Shown piece after piece: positions 1 to 13,780 of a DNA stretch of 64,000 bases. Position numbers and translations under genes: made by a program. The stretch's first letter is position 1. Each line of letters begins with the position of its first letter. The stretch comes from Octopus vulgaris. Its lineage: Eukaryota. The stretch covers positions 34,348,001 to 34,412,000 of the forward strand of contig OX597823.1 of NCBI GenBank assembly GCA_951406725.2. The letters run 5' to 3'. Under the pieces are notes generated by a model. The model was not told the origin of the DNA. It worked only from the letters and a program-made list of their open reading frames with translations, and searched no databases.

Positions 1-619
1 TGCTGTAGAAACTACGCCAAAGCATACAATGGTCTCCTCCTGGCTAACCAGCTCCTGTTGAACCATCCAGCCCATGCCAGCAAGGACAAAGTTAAAGGAT
101 GATGATAATAACTGGCCCTAGGATGTCCCTTTAATGGAGTCTATGCAGCACTGGCACAGGTGCTTTTCATGACACCAGCACACGTGAAAGGTGTAGAAGC
201 ATATGAATATGTGGAAAACCGTGGTTTTACTTAGCTTGACACATCTCATCAAGTACAGTAAAAATATACATACATATAAATATATAAATATATAAGTCAC
301 AGTGTGGCTGAATGATTAAAAATTTGTCAACAAAAGTTTCATCTTAATGCTTTGCATCTTGAGTAAAAATTATTTTCTATAGCCTCAGGTCAATCCATAC
401 CTTGTGAATGAAAATGGGCAAATAGAAATTGTACAGAAACTTATTGGGTGGACTTGGGACTTTTCCTGTAATTAAAAAAAAAAAAGTAGTCTTGTCACAC
501 ACTGCACTATTATGCAACTGAAACAGTGACAGACCTAAACCAAAACATAAATAATTTTTATAAAACATATAACTAGATCTGTTATGTTTGGAGTTATACT
601 CTTTATTATTATTTTTATT

Positions 620-666
<47 letters not shown>

Positions 667-1256
667 CACAGGCATAGCTGTTTCATTGAGAAGCTTGTTG
701 CAAATCATGTGGTTTTGGTTTCAGTGCTACTGCATGGCACTTTGGACAAATGTCTTCCACTAAAGCCCTGCGAATGACCAAGACCTTATGAGTGTATTTT
801 GGTAGATGGAAACTGAAAGAAGCCCATTGTGTGTGTGTGTGTGTGTGTGTATGTATTATCAGCATCATCATGCTCATTTAATATTGGGTGTTTTGATAGG
901 ATCCAGCAAGCTGCAAGGCCACATCAGGCTCTACTGTCAGCTTTGGCACAATTTCTACAGCTGGATACCCTTTCTAATGCCATCCACTTTACAGTGTGTA
1001 CTGGATGTTTTTTCATATATACATGTGTGTGTGTGTGTATGTGCAGAGTGGTTGGTGTTAGAAAGGGCATTCAGCCATTAAAACCCTGCCAAAACAGAGT
1101 AGCATAGGGTAGTTATTCTACCCGACCAGCTCCTGTGAATCGTCCTAACCATGCATGCACAGAAGATGGACATTAGACAATGAGATGATATATATGTAAT
1201 ATTACGTATATATATATATATATACTTTATTTAAAGGCAGCAGAAATTCAACAAAA

Positions 1257-1286
1257 CCTGTTACTCAGAGTTTCACGTTCCCGTCC

Positions 1287-1288
<2 letters not shown>
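1257..1288 (-). ncRNA. 3' half of a hammerhead motif, 5'-truncated at a (TA)n tract
   Basis: ACG(ggaa)CGT-GAAA-CTCTGAG-TA-ACAGG. The 65-bp insert sits between two (TA)n runs and lacks CUGA. Confidence 0.5.
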
Positions 1289-1328
<40 letters not shown>

Positions 1329-1949
1329 TCTATATACAAATACATATGTATGTAAATGTGTGTGCACATGTGTGTTTGTGTGTCCCTTTGCCCAGACTTG
1401 TACCAAGGCAGGGAACTTTCTAGGTGCAATCCCATAGTCATTCATGACCGTAGGGGCTCTTCACCCTTTTACCCTATAAATATATATTTGTTTCATGTTT
1501 CTCTTTTCATGCTATGATGGGTTGGAGGAATGTGCACTGAAGCATTGTTTTTAGCACCAGATGCTCTTCTGGTTGCTGTTTTTCAAGGAAGGGATTTTAT
1601 TTTATATCACTTGTCTTTGAAAGCACAGAGCTAGGGGAGAATTTGTTGGCAAGAAGCAGTAAAATATTTTGGTTTTGCTCAAAGTTTTCCCTGCAAAGAA
1701 GTGAAACGTAAACATTCACAAGCATACGTGTATGGTACACTTTCTGTCTACCAATTCCATTAACAAAGCAATAAGTTCATCCAAGATGTTGTGCAGCCAA
1801 TGAGAAAGAACTTGAGATCATGTGCTTGTTTATTTTCTTTTAGCATGGTTTCTCCAGTTGGATCCCTTAATACCAACCATTTCACTGGGTGAACTGAGTG
1901 TATTTCATCCTGGCACCCACTAGTACTGATGAAGTTGTCAGGTCTTCCA

Positions 1950-2410
1950 GTTCTGTATTTTAGAGATGAGGAATTATGAACATTATTTACATTTGACACA
2001 CATGTGTCCTCATCTTGTTTGTTGTTAACACAACGCTTTGGCTTATATACCCTCCAGCCTTCATCAGGTGTCTTGGGGAAATTTCAAACCAGGGTTCTCA
2101 TTCCTAAGGTATTCTTTTATGTTATTATTCAGGTCACTGCCTGGAATCAGAATCTTGGGGTTAGTAGTCCGTGCTCTAAACCACTATGCCCACAGGCATA
2201 TGGCATAGTGGTTAAGAGCACGCGCTACTAATCCCAGGATTCCGAGTTCCATTCCAGGCAGTGAACAATGATAACATCGAAAAATACTTTAGGAATGAGA
2301 ACCCAGGTTTGAAATTTCCCCAAGACACCAGATGAAGGCTGGAGGGTATATCATCCGAAATGTGTTAATAACAAACGAGGTGAGGACAAATATCCGTCAA
2401 ATGTAAATAA
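1950..2410. mobile_element. Head-to-head pair of tRNA-headed SINE-like units, each ending in a decayed hammerhead
   Basis: 1983-2190 is an imperfect reverse complement of 2202-2410. There is an A box TGGCATAGTGG and a B-box-like GAGTTCCATTCC. The consensus of the two arms gives GACAC-CTGATGA-aGGCTG..CAGCC-GAAA-CG-TT-GTGTT. Confidence 0.65.
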
Positions 2411-3917
2411 GATTAAAGTGTTCTCTCAATCCTATAATGTCTCAACTCATTCACTAACTTACTCTACAGAGTGTCCTGGGTGCATTTTATTGTGACACCA
2501 GTGAGACTGTCCTGTGTATGTATGTCTGAGTTTATGTTTATACCAATCCCAAAACTGGGGTTGTAGTTTATGTTGTATCCCTTTATGAACAGTAACGCAA
2601 CAGTTCCAAAATTGAGAATGATAAAATAGAACTGACATAAGTGTTGGAACTGGTATGACTGCCCAAAACCGTTGGCAGTGAACTAACTTGGCAGCAGTGG
2701 AAGAGAAGAACACAAGACAACCTCACTTGGATATATAGGAAATACATGACCCGCATCACACACTTTGGTCGATGAGAACAGGTCATCAACTGATGACCAA
2801 CTAAAGAAATGTGAGCAACAATCTAACCAAACATACAGTCTGAAGTCTGTAATATGAAAGGAAGACTGCTGTAGATGAAAGACTGAATCAAAGAAGAGAG
2901 TAGAAAGATTCCAGGCAATGAAAGTCCCAAGCAGGCTGAACTTTGAAGAAGAAAATCTATGTTGTTGGTATTCATTCATGCTTGATATTTCAAGATATTT
3001 CTGTCCCTGGTATTCAATAACAGTCTCATTATCTAGGGTGTTGACAGCAACAGTAGATTTGATGTATCTGGTAACACTTCAGATAAACATATACAAATTT
3101 GCCCAACTGAAGCATAACGAGAGAGGTTAGTGATTTGGAAGAAGTTTAGACCCAGCTTTTTATTTTATATTTTCCTTCTTTCTGAAGAGGATAGGAAAAA
3201 CTGTGACAAACAGTTGTTAAAAGAACCACCTTTGTAGTTAACAATCACTATTGTGATGGCCTTCTCGCCAGACAGACCCAGCTAAAGTAAACGTTTCAAA
3301 TACTACACACAGCAAGTCTGTACACGACAGAATAACCCACTCCCAACCAAACAGAAAATGGCCGAGTAGTGGTCGTAGATAACCTGATACTAGTTACCTA
3401 GCAACTTGAAGTTGTTAATGATTAAAGATGATAAAAGCTGGAGTTCTCTCTGATCTTTGGTTGGATGTTCTCCACTAGAGGGCACTGGTTAGTATTCACG
3501 TTAGGAAGCATACATGTGAACACTACTGGATCACCTACAAGTCGTGGACAAACAGGAACTAAAAGCTTAAGGGATTGGACAAGTCTATTCTATTTTAATG
3601 GGACCGATAGCTGCTTGAGTAAGGTGTATGGGGGAGATTCGTAGCAGTTGGTGTTTTATTTGTAAGTGATGTGTTCTATAAAGTTGTAAAGCAGTAAACG
3701 AAAATTAAGATCACTAAACATTAAGATACATATCACTTGAACTGTTACAGATTAACGTAGATGACTTTAGGGGGTAATGTCACGAACAAAAACAGGTTGA
3801 AAAACACCGGATTAGGATGAACATTATATTTTAAAATATCTATTTCTAGCCAACTTTACAGGTAGTTTCCAACACAAAATGCGTACGCTACAACACATCA
3901 TCTTCCAACCGTCTCCC

Positions 3918-3972
<55 letters not shown>

Positions 3973-4030
3973 CAGTTCGTCTGAGATGAAGAATGATCCT
4001 AGTTAAACAACAATTTAATCAATCCATTAC

Positions 4031-4043
4031 CATCGTAAATAGA
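4031..4043 (-). other. Candidate 13-nt microexon ending in ATG
   Basis: ctttctcttctcag|TCTATTTACGATG|gtaatg within a unique, CpG-richer region. Confidence 0.3.
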
Positions 4044-5315
4044 CTGAGAAGAGAAAGTTTTCCAGACAATTTAGTGAACAAATGATAGGAGATAAAATGA
4101 ATTGACTATAGTTTAACAAAATGTTCAGTGGAGAAATATAGAAAGAAACGTAGAGAAGATATCGATTATATAGCTGACAAAAACAGCAAGCTGAATAGTA
4201 TTTTTCGTACGGAATCATAACAGCAAAGGCAATTAACAGCCGGTTAACTAGAGATACATGTAGACTGTCTCTAGAGACAGCTATTTCATAGGAAACATTA
4301 AAAATTTACCTCTAATCAAATGAAAACAATAACAAAAAGCAGTTAAAATTAAAAAATAAACAAGACTAAATAATAAATCAGCCGTTAATTGTGTCAGTTA
4401 AAGTGGTTATTGTTGAAATTTGTAAAGCGATCGAGTTGCTTTTTAAACAGCTTCATTACATATTTGAATTTGTAAATAGTTACATTTGATCAGAATGAAA
4501 ATCTATGATGTGACGACGACCAGACATGAAGTGGTGTTGAGAGTTGTTTTTGATATATACAAAACGCATTTTAATGTACAACACATTGATGTCGCGCTTT
4601 AACTTCGATATAATTCAGAAATACATAAGCAAGGAGAAAACAATTGACGGACTTTTTTTCTCTCTTTTTTTTTTTTTTTTTTTAATAACAAGTGGATTGT
4701 CGGTCGTACGTTCGACTCGGTAAAAAGACTAGGTGACTGTATGTGCGCGCGTGTGTGAGTATAAACACACACACGTACGTACAATTTATATATATATATA
4801 TATATGACTAGAGCTGAACAAGATATATATATATGATTAGAGCTGAACAAGTTGTTTTGAAAATAAAGTAAAAAGGAGTGGAAGGTGGTGGCGAGTGGTT
4901 GGTCATTATTAATATACATATTTATATCACGAACTGGTCAACAACAGCGTAGAGATGTATTTGAAGAAAAGTCCTAACCTAGTTGTCTTAACAGAGAGGG
5001 AAAGAGAGGGGCGGCGGGGGACGGTTTTATATAATCAAGTGGGGGATTAAAATACATAGTGACAAGCAGGTAGAAATGTGGAGGTAAGCAGCAAAAATGT
5101 CATAGGTGTGTGTTGAAGAGTGTAACAGTAGCACTAAGCAAATGTATTGGTGCGTGTATACATTCATATCAACCATTGTCAAATTGCATTATTGTCAAGA
5201 GAGAATATAGATCACAAGATGACCATTAACGACGTTGTTTCTGGTGAGCATTCGTCATTATTGTTATTATTAATCAAAATCACCAGGGTGGGGGCGGAAA
5301 ATATTTTCGCAGATA

Positions 5316-5356
<41 letters not shown>

Positions 5357-5865
5357 TTATGACAATAAAACAAACCGTCGGAATGGAAAGAAGAAAACAA
5401 AAGGTTGTTAATGTATAAACATTAGTGTCCAATTAACTCGAAAATGGATGCAACAGTGGCGAGTGGGAGGTGGGAGTGGGGGGTAGAAGAAGCCGGACTG
5501 GAAACGACAAGACGTTAATAGCAAGATCACTAAATCGGGAAATAAACAAACTGGGGGAATGAATGTGTCTGTGTGTGTGTGTGTGTGTGTGAAAGATAGT
5601 GTGTGTATGTGTGTTTGTGTACGTATATGCATGCATATTTGCGTGTGCATAAGGTAGAGGAGATCTAGCAATGCCTACTAAAATGGGCGGGATTAACAGG
5701 ACCAAACAGAGATTATGTCAACAACAGCTATAACACACACTTTACAGTGGATGTAGATATTAGAAGAGAGTCGAGGAGAAAATAAGATGGGAAAATAACG
5801 ACAGAAACAGTTGCGTGTATACATCTGTGGCATCGACGCAAACATCTGTATTCATACATTCATAT

Positions 5866-5911
<46 letters not shown>

Positions 5912-6594
5912 ACATACACACACACATGAACTCAAGATGATTATTAAAATCTCGATCTCTCACAAGATTCTTTGAGAAACGTGAGGAGATAAAACGAAAA
6001 GGAAAAGAAGAAAACGTCAATATTGTCTTCCGACAACGTCAGTCGGTGGTGCCAATGAGAAAAGACAGAGTGTATATTCAGAGACAGACCTATACACACA
6101 CACACATAAAGATATATGTATGCATGAATGTATAGACATGTAAAGAGAGATAGATAACTTACAGTATTCCAGAGACAGCTGAGAAACGGAACGGACATAA
6201 CGTGGAGAGAAGTAGGGAAAAGGTAGTAGCGGTGAGAGAAGAGATTGTCGAGGTAGTGGCGGTAGTGGTTGTAGGAGGAAGAGGAGGAGAGAAGAAGTAG
6301 AGTTGCGTACACGAGAGAAAAGACCACTTGGACATAGAGAGGGGGGAAGGGGAGAGAGTTCGACTGGTAGAACTAGCATACTGTCAGTGTGTCACACTGT
6401 GTATGCATATGTGTCTGTGTGTATGTATGTGTGTGCTTGCATATAACATATATGTGGACAGATAAATGATAGATGTGTACACACACATATATACACATGC
6501 ATATGAGTGTGTGTGTACACATATATGTTTATGTATATGTGCCACACTAGTATGTGTGTATATATATATATACACACACACACACGTTACGGTG

Positions 6595-6634
<40 letters not shown>

Positions 6635-8399
6635 AATATATATATGTCAGACTGTAGTGTAATAAATATAGTTCAAAATGCAATTAAATTTATGCCGTGT
6701 GTCTGTGTGTCTGTGACTATTTATAAGGGTTGGATACTGACAGACGATTACGTGTTTGTGTGTATATTAACGTGCGTGCAATATCTTTACGCTGAGATGA
6801 CCGTAACGGAGGTGATACACACCTGGTGAAAGGAGTGCATGATTCACGTTCGAATCCTGGTCGTAGCTACTTTACACTTACCCCATGGATACACTGGAGA
6901 AATCAATAGCACTTGTCTTTCGTTAATGTAAACCTATGATCATGAAATGTTATGCAGTTAATTATGTATAAAGTTCACATAAGCATATATACTTACGTGT
7001 GCGCGAGTATATGTATATACATATATATATATGTGAATGTGTATAATATATATATATACACACACACACATTATACTATGCATATATATACATTTTATAT
7101 ATATATGATATGTAATATATATGTGTGTGTGTGTGTGTAAATACATCTATATATAATATATATTTACGCGCGCGCGCACAGATACACATTCACAAACACA
7201 CACACACATATATATAAACGTATATATCCTCATCGTCATCAATTGTACATGTGGCCTTCTCTGCTGGCATGGGTTGGGCAGTTTGTCACGGCCTGAGTCA
7301 CCCCTTATTGTGAGCTGTTGTTTCTCTAGACTGGTACTCCTACGTGGCTTTTGATTTGGTTTCTACAGCTAGATACCCTTCCTATCGCCGGCCAATAAGC
7401 AGAGAGGTTGGATAAAGAAACTTCAGAACCTTACATGCTCTACACTCCGTTGCCGACCATTTAATAACAGTATTAAATGTACTGAGCACATGTTGTGGGT
7501 GCCAGCATTAGAGAGGTTGTCCTCACTCACCTCTTGAAGGAGAGCAATCTGTCTCTTTACCATGGTAGCACCACTTCGGGGGGAGGGGGCGACTTGCACA
7601 CAGGATAACATAGAAAGTATTCAGTGAGTTAAAGACATGCAGACCAAGGGGGAGACAAAGATTGTGTGGGGAGAGCAATACTAGCAGAAAGTGGGGGTGG
7701 AGCAGCTGTGTAAGTGCTGAGAGTACTCAATAACCTGGGGCATGTGCATTTGCTGCTTGAGTGACCAGACATATTAGAAGAAAGAGAGTGAAAGAGAGCA
7801 ATGATATCAGAAAGACTATGGAAGTTGGGCGAAAGGAGCAGTAATATGATGTAGGTGACAAGATAATTTGTGGTGGGGTTGGGTAGGGAATGACATTAAC
7901 TGAGAGGCCAAAGGTATGGATGGGTGGTAATAGAAATGACCCTAGAGAGTGATGGCTGGTAAATCAGAAGGGCAAAAGAAGCCAAACAGATGCACTAGAA
8001 TGAAGGAATTACAGAACTTAGAGAATGGTTTAATGAAGTCTTTGATATACAGGTCTAGGGAAAATGAAAAGGTGGACCAATGCTGTTTCTTATACACAGG
8101 CCCAGTGAAAGGAGAGGGTGAACCAATGCAGTCTCCAATATTTAGGCCTAGTAAAGGGTGAAGGAGTCAGAGTGATGAGGATGATGCAGTCAGTACTGGT
8201 GGTAGGAAGATGAGAGGTAGGAAATAGAGTGTTATGTGGAGAAAGAGAGAAATTGGTTTAAAAGAGGAGCAGGGGTGAGCAATAGAGTGATGTGAGTAGA
8301 GGGAAACAGCAAGATGTACAATGTACACTTGGTGGAGCACAAATTCTCTCAATTTCTAAACACTATTTTTGTGTTTGCTTTCTGCAATACTACAAATTG

Positions 8400-8812
8400 C
8401 AAAACAATACAGTCCTTTGTCCTCTCCTCCACAAATGGCAGCATCTTCAGATCAGCCTTAACTGCTTCATCCCAAGTTGTCCTTGGTCTCAGCCTTCCAC
8501 AAGTTCCATTGAATTCCTGGCACCTCTTCATGCAACTATCATCATTCATATGTACCCCATGCCCATATTAATACAGTCTTCTCTTTTGCACACAGCACTG
8601 ATTCTTCTGATGCCCAGTTTTTCTCGCAGTACACTTGCACTCTGGACTTCACGCACATTTACAATGCACATCCAGCAGAGCATGCTTGTTTCATTTCCTT
8701 CCAGCCTCTTTGCAACGTTTTCTACATTCAAGGCCCATGTTTCACTTCTATGCAGCACTGCAGTTCAAATGCAAGTGCCACACAATCTACCCTTCACATT
8801 GAAGGAGAGAAA
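8400..8812 (-). mobile_element. Older decayed RTE LINE fragment
   Basis: LHRSETWALNVE..NETSMLCWMC and GRLRPRTTWDEAVKADL motifs. Confidence 0.8.
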
Positions 8813-9482
8813 CCATTGTTGTGAATGGCAATAGTAGTTACATAATGTTAATGACTTGCAGGAAAGTCGTTAATATGGAAAATCTGTAGAGATGACCTTA
8901 ACAAGTTACATAACAGTTACATAAACATATATGTAAACACAGAGATATATATACATGCAAAAGATATGTGTATATGCATGTATGACTGCTGATCACTTAA
9001 AGTAAAGAGAAGTTGTGGAAGGGAAACATGGGATGACGTTTTGGGGGCTGATCTCAAAATGTTGAATCTTACGAAAGGGATGACAGAGGACTGAGATATG
9101 TGGTGTATTGTTGTACTCAAGAAGAGCTGCCCACCACAACAAAATTGAGATTCTAAAACCAAGGTGCCATGTAAAAAGCACTGGTGTGGGTACTGGTGTC
9201 ACTTAAAAAAAACACCTGTGATGGTGCTACATAAAAAGCACCTAGTACACTCTGTGGTGTGGTTGGTGTAAAGAAGGGCATCCAGCCATAGAAACCAAGC
9301 CAAATTGGACTATGGAACCTGATGCAGCCCCTGGCCTTACCAGTTCCTGTCAAGCCATCCAACCCATACCAGCATGGAAAACAGACATTAAATTATGACA
9401 ATGATGATGATTATATATATATATGTGTGTGTAGTAAGGCTTCAACAAGTTGAATAGCAGTTGATCAGCTAAGAGAGTAAAG

Positions 9483-9743
9483 ATGATGTTATGATAAAAC
9501 CCACAATTCTTGTTAAATACAGCTACCCAGGGTTTCCTGGTTGAAACAACGATTTCTTTTGCCATTTTTCAAGCTGATAACAAGGCCATTTGTCAATTGC
9601 TTTTTAAAGCAGATGACATTTAAAAAGGAACTGACAGATAATCTTGTCATCAGCTTGAAAATAGTGGAATAAATTATTGTTTTGACCAGGAAACTCTGGG
9701 TAGTTGTACTTAACAAGAATTGTTGGTTTTACTATAACATTAT
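9483..9743. mobile_element. Older palindromic element with hammerhead-like motif
   Basis: About 125-bp imperfect inverted arms around 9608-9619. The minus arm reads CAGC-TTGAAAA-aTGG..CCAg-GAAA-CCCTGGG-TA-GCTG. Confidence 0.55.
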
Positions 9744-9814
9744 GTATATATATCGTTATACATTTAATGAGAGGATATGTTAACCATTTTCTTTCCTTCT
9801 TTTAACTGGATATA

Positions 9815-9865
<51 letters not shown>

Positions 9866-10645
9866 TATCATCATCATCAATTTTACATTTACTTTTCATG
9901 TTGGCATGGATCAGATGGAGTTCAATGAGGCAGATATTCTATGACTGGATTCACTTGCTGTCGCCACTCTCACTGGTTTCTAAGCAAGGTAATATTTCTT
10001 CAAGCCCAGACATATTTGTACAAAGAAGGAAACAAACAACTCTGCTTGTATGATGCTGACACTTTCAACTATAGTGTAATGCAAAGACATGGACATGCAC
10101 TCATACAAATTCAACATGCTTCATTCACTTTCCTTCAATTAAAATCCACTCATGAGGCTTTGGTTTGCCTGGAGCTATAGAAGACACTTGCTCAAGGATT
10201 GGATGATTCAACAGGGTCCAGTACACCAGAGGACTGCATTGAGCCCCAACGTCTGTTTTTGGCAAGTTTTCTTTGGTTGGATGCCCTTCCTAACAACAAC
10301 CACTTTACAGATTGTACTAGGTGCTTTAGCACTGTGCCTCCCCCCCCCCACATATATATATTCCAGGGGGCTCACTGCATCCTGTCAAACTATCCAACCC
10401 ATGCCAAAAGCATAGGAAACATGGTAAATGATGATGATATATAAAACATACATATACACACACATACAAATATTCTATAATTACAAACATAATTATAATT
10501 AGGGGTCAGCTACTTGCTTCACCACGCACTGAATTTAGAAATAGGAGTTAAAATTCCTTTTCTGCTACCATAAAGATCTCCCAGATAGTAACACATTTTT
10601 ACGTAGGCAAAAAGAAAAAATAATGAATCTACATGACTCAGATTA

Positions 10646-10713
10646 GCTACATACGCATTTCAGGATTAAAGTAAAGTTATATTTACTTACTTCTTTCACC
10701 CCTTCAGTGCAGC
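10646..10713 (-). ncRNA. Degenerate type I hammerhead motif
   Basis: GCTGCA-CTGAAGG(A9>G)-stem II (AAGTAAG/CTTTACTT)-GAAA-TGCG-TA-TGTAGC, with a 6-bp stem I. Confidence 0.6.
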
Positions 10714-13257
10714 ATTTCAAATATAAATTTGTGAGTGCTACGATTAAATATGTACGCGATTAAGTGCCATCACATAACTGATATCCAACCAACACTTCCA
10801 AAAATATACAGCCGAATGTGAACACATATTTATCCTTAATATCAAGTGTATGTTACAAGCAATCTCGCAGAAACTGCAGTTTTTGATCAGGGAGTAAATT
10901 ATAATTTCAATATTAATAATATTAATATACACACATATATGTATATCTAAACATATATATTTACATCACATTTGATTTTTTTCAAATCCCTTTTCTCTTT
11001 TCTAGCACGGGTTAGATTTATTGAGGCATTGTTTTGTAGCCAGATGCCCTTCCTGTCACTAATCCTTACTTGTTTTCCAGGTAAGGGGTATCTAATTCAA
11101 CATATATTCATAGGCACCCCTCTTAACACATCAAACCCCAAACAATGTCAGTAGATCACTAGACACTGTTTCAGTGAGATTCCACCTCCTCAGTGATATC
11201 ATGTCAGTCATTTGCAGCTAGGCAGGGAGTTCTGTTGCAATACAGAAACAGCAAACAAAATATTTGCTGGTATGTACTGAATAAATAGTAATTGTGGTTG
11301 AGAAGCTTTGCTCAGGTTCAATCCTATAGTATGGCACCTTGGGAATATGTTTTCTACTATATAGCCCAGAGTTGATCAAAGCACTGAGTGCATTTGGCAG
11401 ACGGAAACTGAAAGAAGCCTAATATCCTTTACAAAACAAACTAAAATTGATCTATAATACTGTATACATTAATTAGTATTTATGTCCATTTCTGTGTGAG
11501 TATGTATACTGTGTATGTCTCTTTGTTTTGACATAATGTGATTGTTGTGAATAAATGTCATTCATTTCCAATATTCTGTAGAAACATGTCTGGCCATGGG
11601 GAAATATTACCTTGCATGGAAACAGGTGAGATTTTAAGTTATGAAGTGATCATTACTAATGCTGGTATCACAAAAAAATGCAACCAGTTCAGTCTGTAAA
11701 GTGGTTGCTTTAAGAAAGTCATCCCACTGTAGAAACTATGCCAAAGTAGACATTGGTGCATGATGTACTCCTTCAGCTTGTCAAATGCTGTCAAACCATC
11801 CAACTCATGCTGGCATGGGAACAGGACATTAATTGATGACGACGATGATGATCATGATCATGATGATAAAAGACAGCAATAATTGAATGACCAAATATGT
11901 TAATGGTCACTTCCAATTTCAATTTAATAATGAATTCTAATGATTGGCATATAATGTGAAAAATAATATATAGTAAATTTCATACAACAATAAAATTTTA
12001 ACACATAATTTCTAAGACAACAAATTGTTTGTCTTAGTCATTTAAGCAATGATGGCATGTATTGTACAGATGTTTGTCACCATCTGGTGAGTCTATATAT
12101 TTGTAGTGGCAATTGTGATATTGACTCTATATCAAATTTGGCAAGTGGCTATGATTGGCAAGTTGTCTATCAATTTTTGTGCAGTAAATATTCATGGAGC
12201 AAATGTTTGCTTGACAGGACAAGAAGAAAATAAAAAGGTTTTATTGTCCTTCCACTAACGAATGCTTTCCATGGCATGTTTTCCAAATTTCTTGTCTGAA
12301 CGTTTGAACCACATGCTCTGATTTGCTGTTTCAAACAAAGAAATTAGATTATATGAGATGTAGAACATCTACTGGGTGCCGATCTTTCCCATTCTATTAA
12401 CTCTTAAAGTACTACTGTACTTTCTCTCTATTCTCTCCATCCTGTTATAAACTAAAGATCTTGATGAAATGCTTTTACACCTGCTTACAAGTCATAAAAT
12501 GTAACTATTGCATGAATGTGGATAAAACTTACTGGTATGATATAACGATTGTTGGTGTACATTGTGAATGTGATTTCTACCTCATGTCATGTCATTTTCA
12601 TCTTGTCCAACTAGGCTGAATACAGGTAAATTGATTATACATAGATGTTTTTACATATATTTACAAGATATTGATTCCTATGCACAAGTTGTGTTTGGTC
12701 AACAATAGACCCAGAAAATCTCGTATCTGATTCTGATTCTGGTGCTACTTCCATTGACTCTTGTCTGTTTCAATTAAGTACACCATTTGACTGTCTTCAT
12801 AATTGTGTCACAAAACCATTTAGTTTTGTTTCAAAAATCCCTCATGAATACTGATCATTCAATATGAAATTTATAGGAACCTTTTGTCTGTGCATCCTCC
12901 ATTAGATTATAGTTTGGCAGTGATAATAATGACCAGGCTGTTGATCAGGCAACACTTCTGCTTGCAGTTTTCCAACTGTCATTCCACCAAAGAATGCTTT
13001 CCATGGCAGGTTTAACAAATTCCTTTTGTGAATGTTTGAACAAAGTGCTCTGATGTGAAATGTTGAATGTCCATCTAACTGAAAATTTGTTGTTTAAATT
13101 GACTTCCACTGTTGGATCTAATTCTTTCAGACAGTCTTTTAATAGTGAAAATTTTACAGTGCATTGTTAAATGCTTCATTATTAGTTAGCTGTCTGGTTA
13201 ATAAATACCAAAAAATTTTCCAGATTCCTGTCTTGTTTTGTGTGTGCGCGTGCGTGC

Positions 13258-13306
<49 letters not shown>

Positions 13307-13325
13307 CATACATACATACATACAT

Positions 13326-13690
13326 GGAAGTGCAATGACCCAGTGGTTAGGGCAGGAGACCCGCAGTCATAGGATCGTGGTTTCGATTCCCAGACCGGAC
13401 GTTGGGCTTATTGAGCAAAAACACCTAAAGCTCCAGCAGCTATGGGGTGAACTCTGCTGTATTCTTTCACCACAACTTTCTCACTCTTTCTTTCTGTTTC
13501 TGTTCTACCTGTATTTCAAAGGGCCAGCCTTGTCACTCTCTGCATCACACTGAATCTCCACGAGAACTACATTAAGGGTACACATGTCTGTGGCGTGCTC
13601 AGCTACTTACACGTTAATTTCACGAGTAGGCTGTTCCGTTGATCAGATCAACTAGAACCCTTGTCATCGTCACCGACAGAGTCCCACGAT
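13326..13690 (+). mobile_element. Third tRNA-derived SINE type
   Basis: A box TGACCCAGTGG, B box GTTTCGATTCC, microsatellite flanks; a decayed relative lies at about 52075-52370. Confidence 0.65.
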
Positions 13691-13780
13691 ATATGTATAT
13701 ACACACACACACACATTTATGTATATAAGTATGAAGGTACGTACGTATGTATGTATGTATGTATATATGCATGTACGTAT

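Noticed and set aside
6791-6870. tRNA gene (GTTCGAATCC B box)
   Set aside because: No convincing cloverleaf or acceptor stem; more likely a decayed SINE head.
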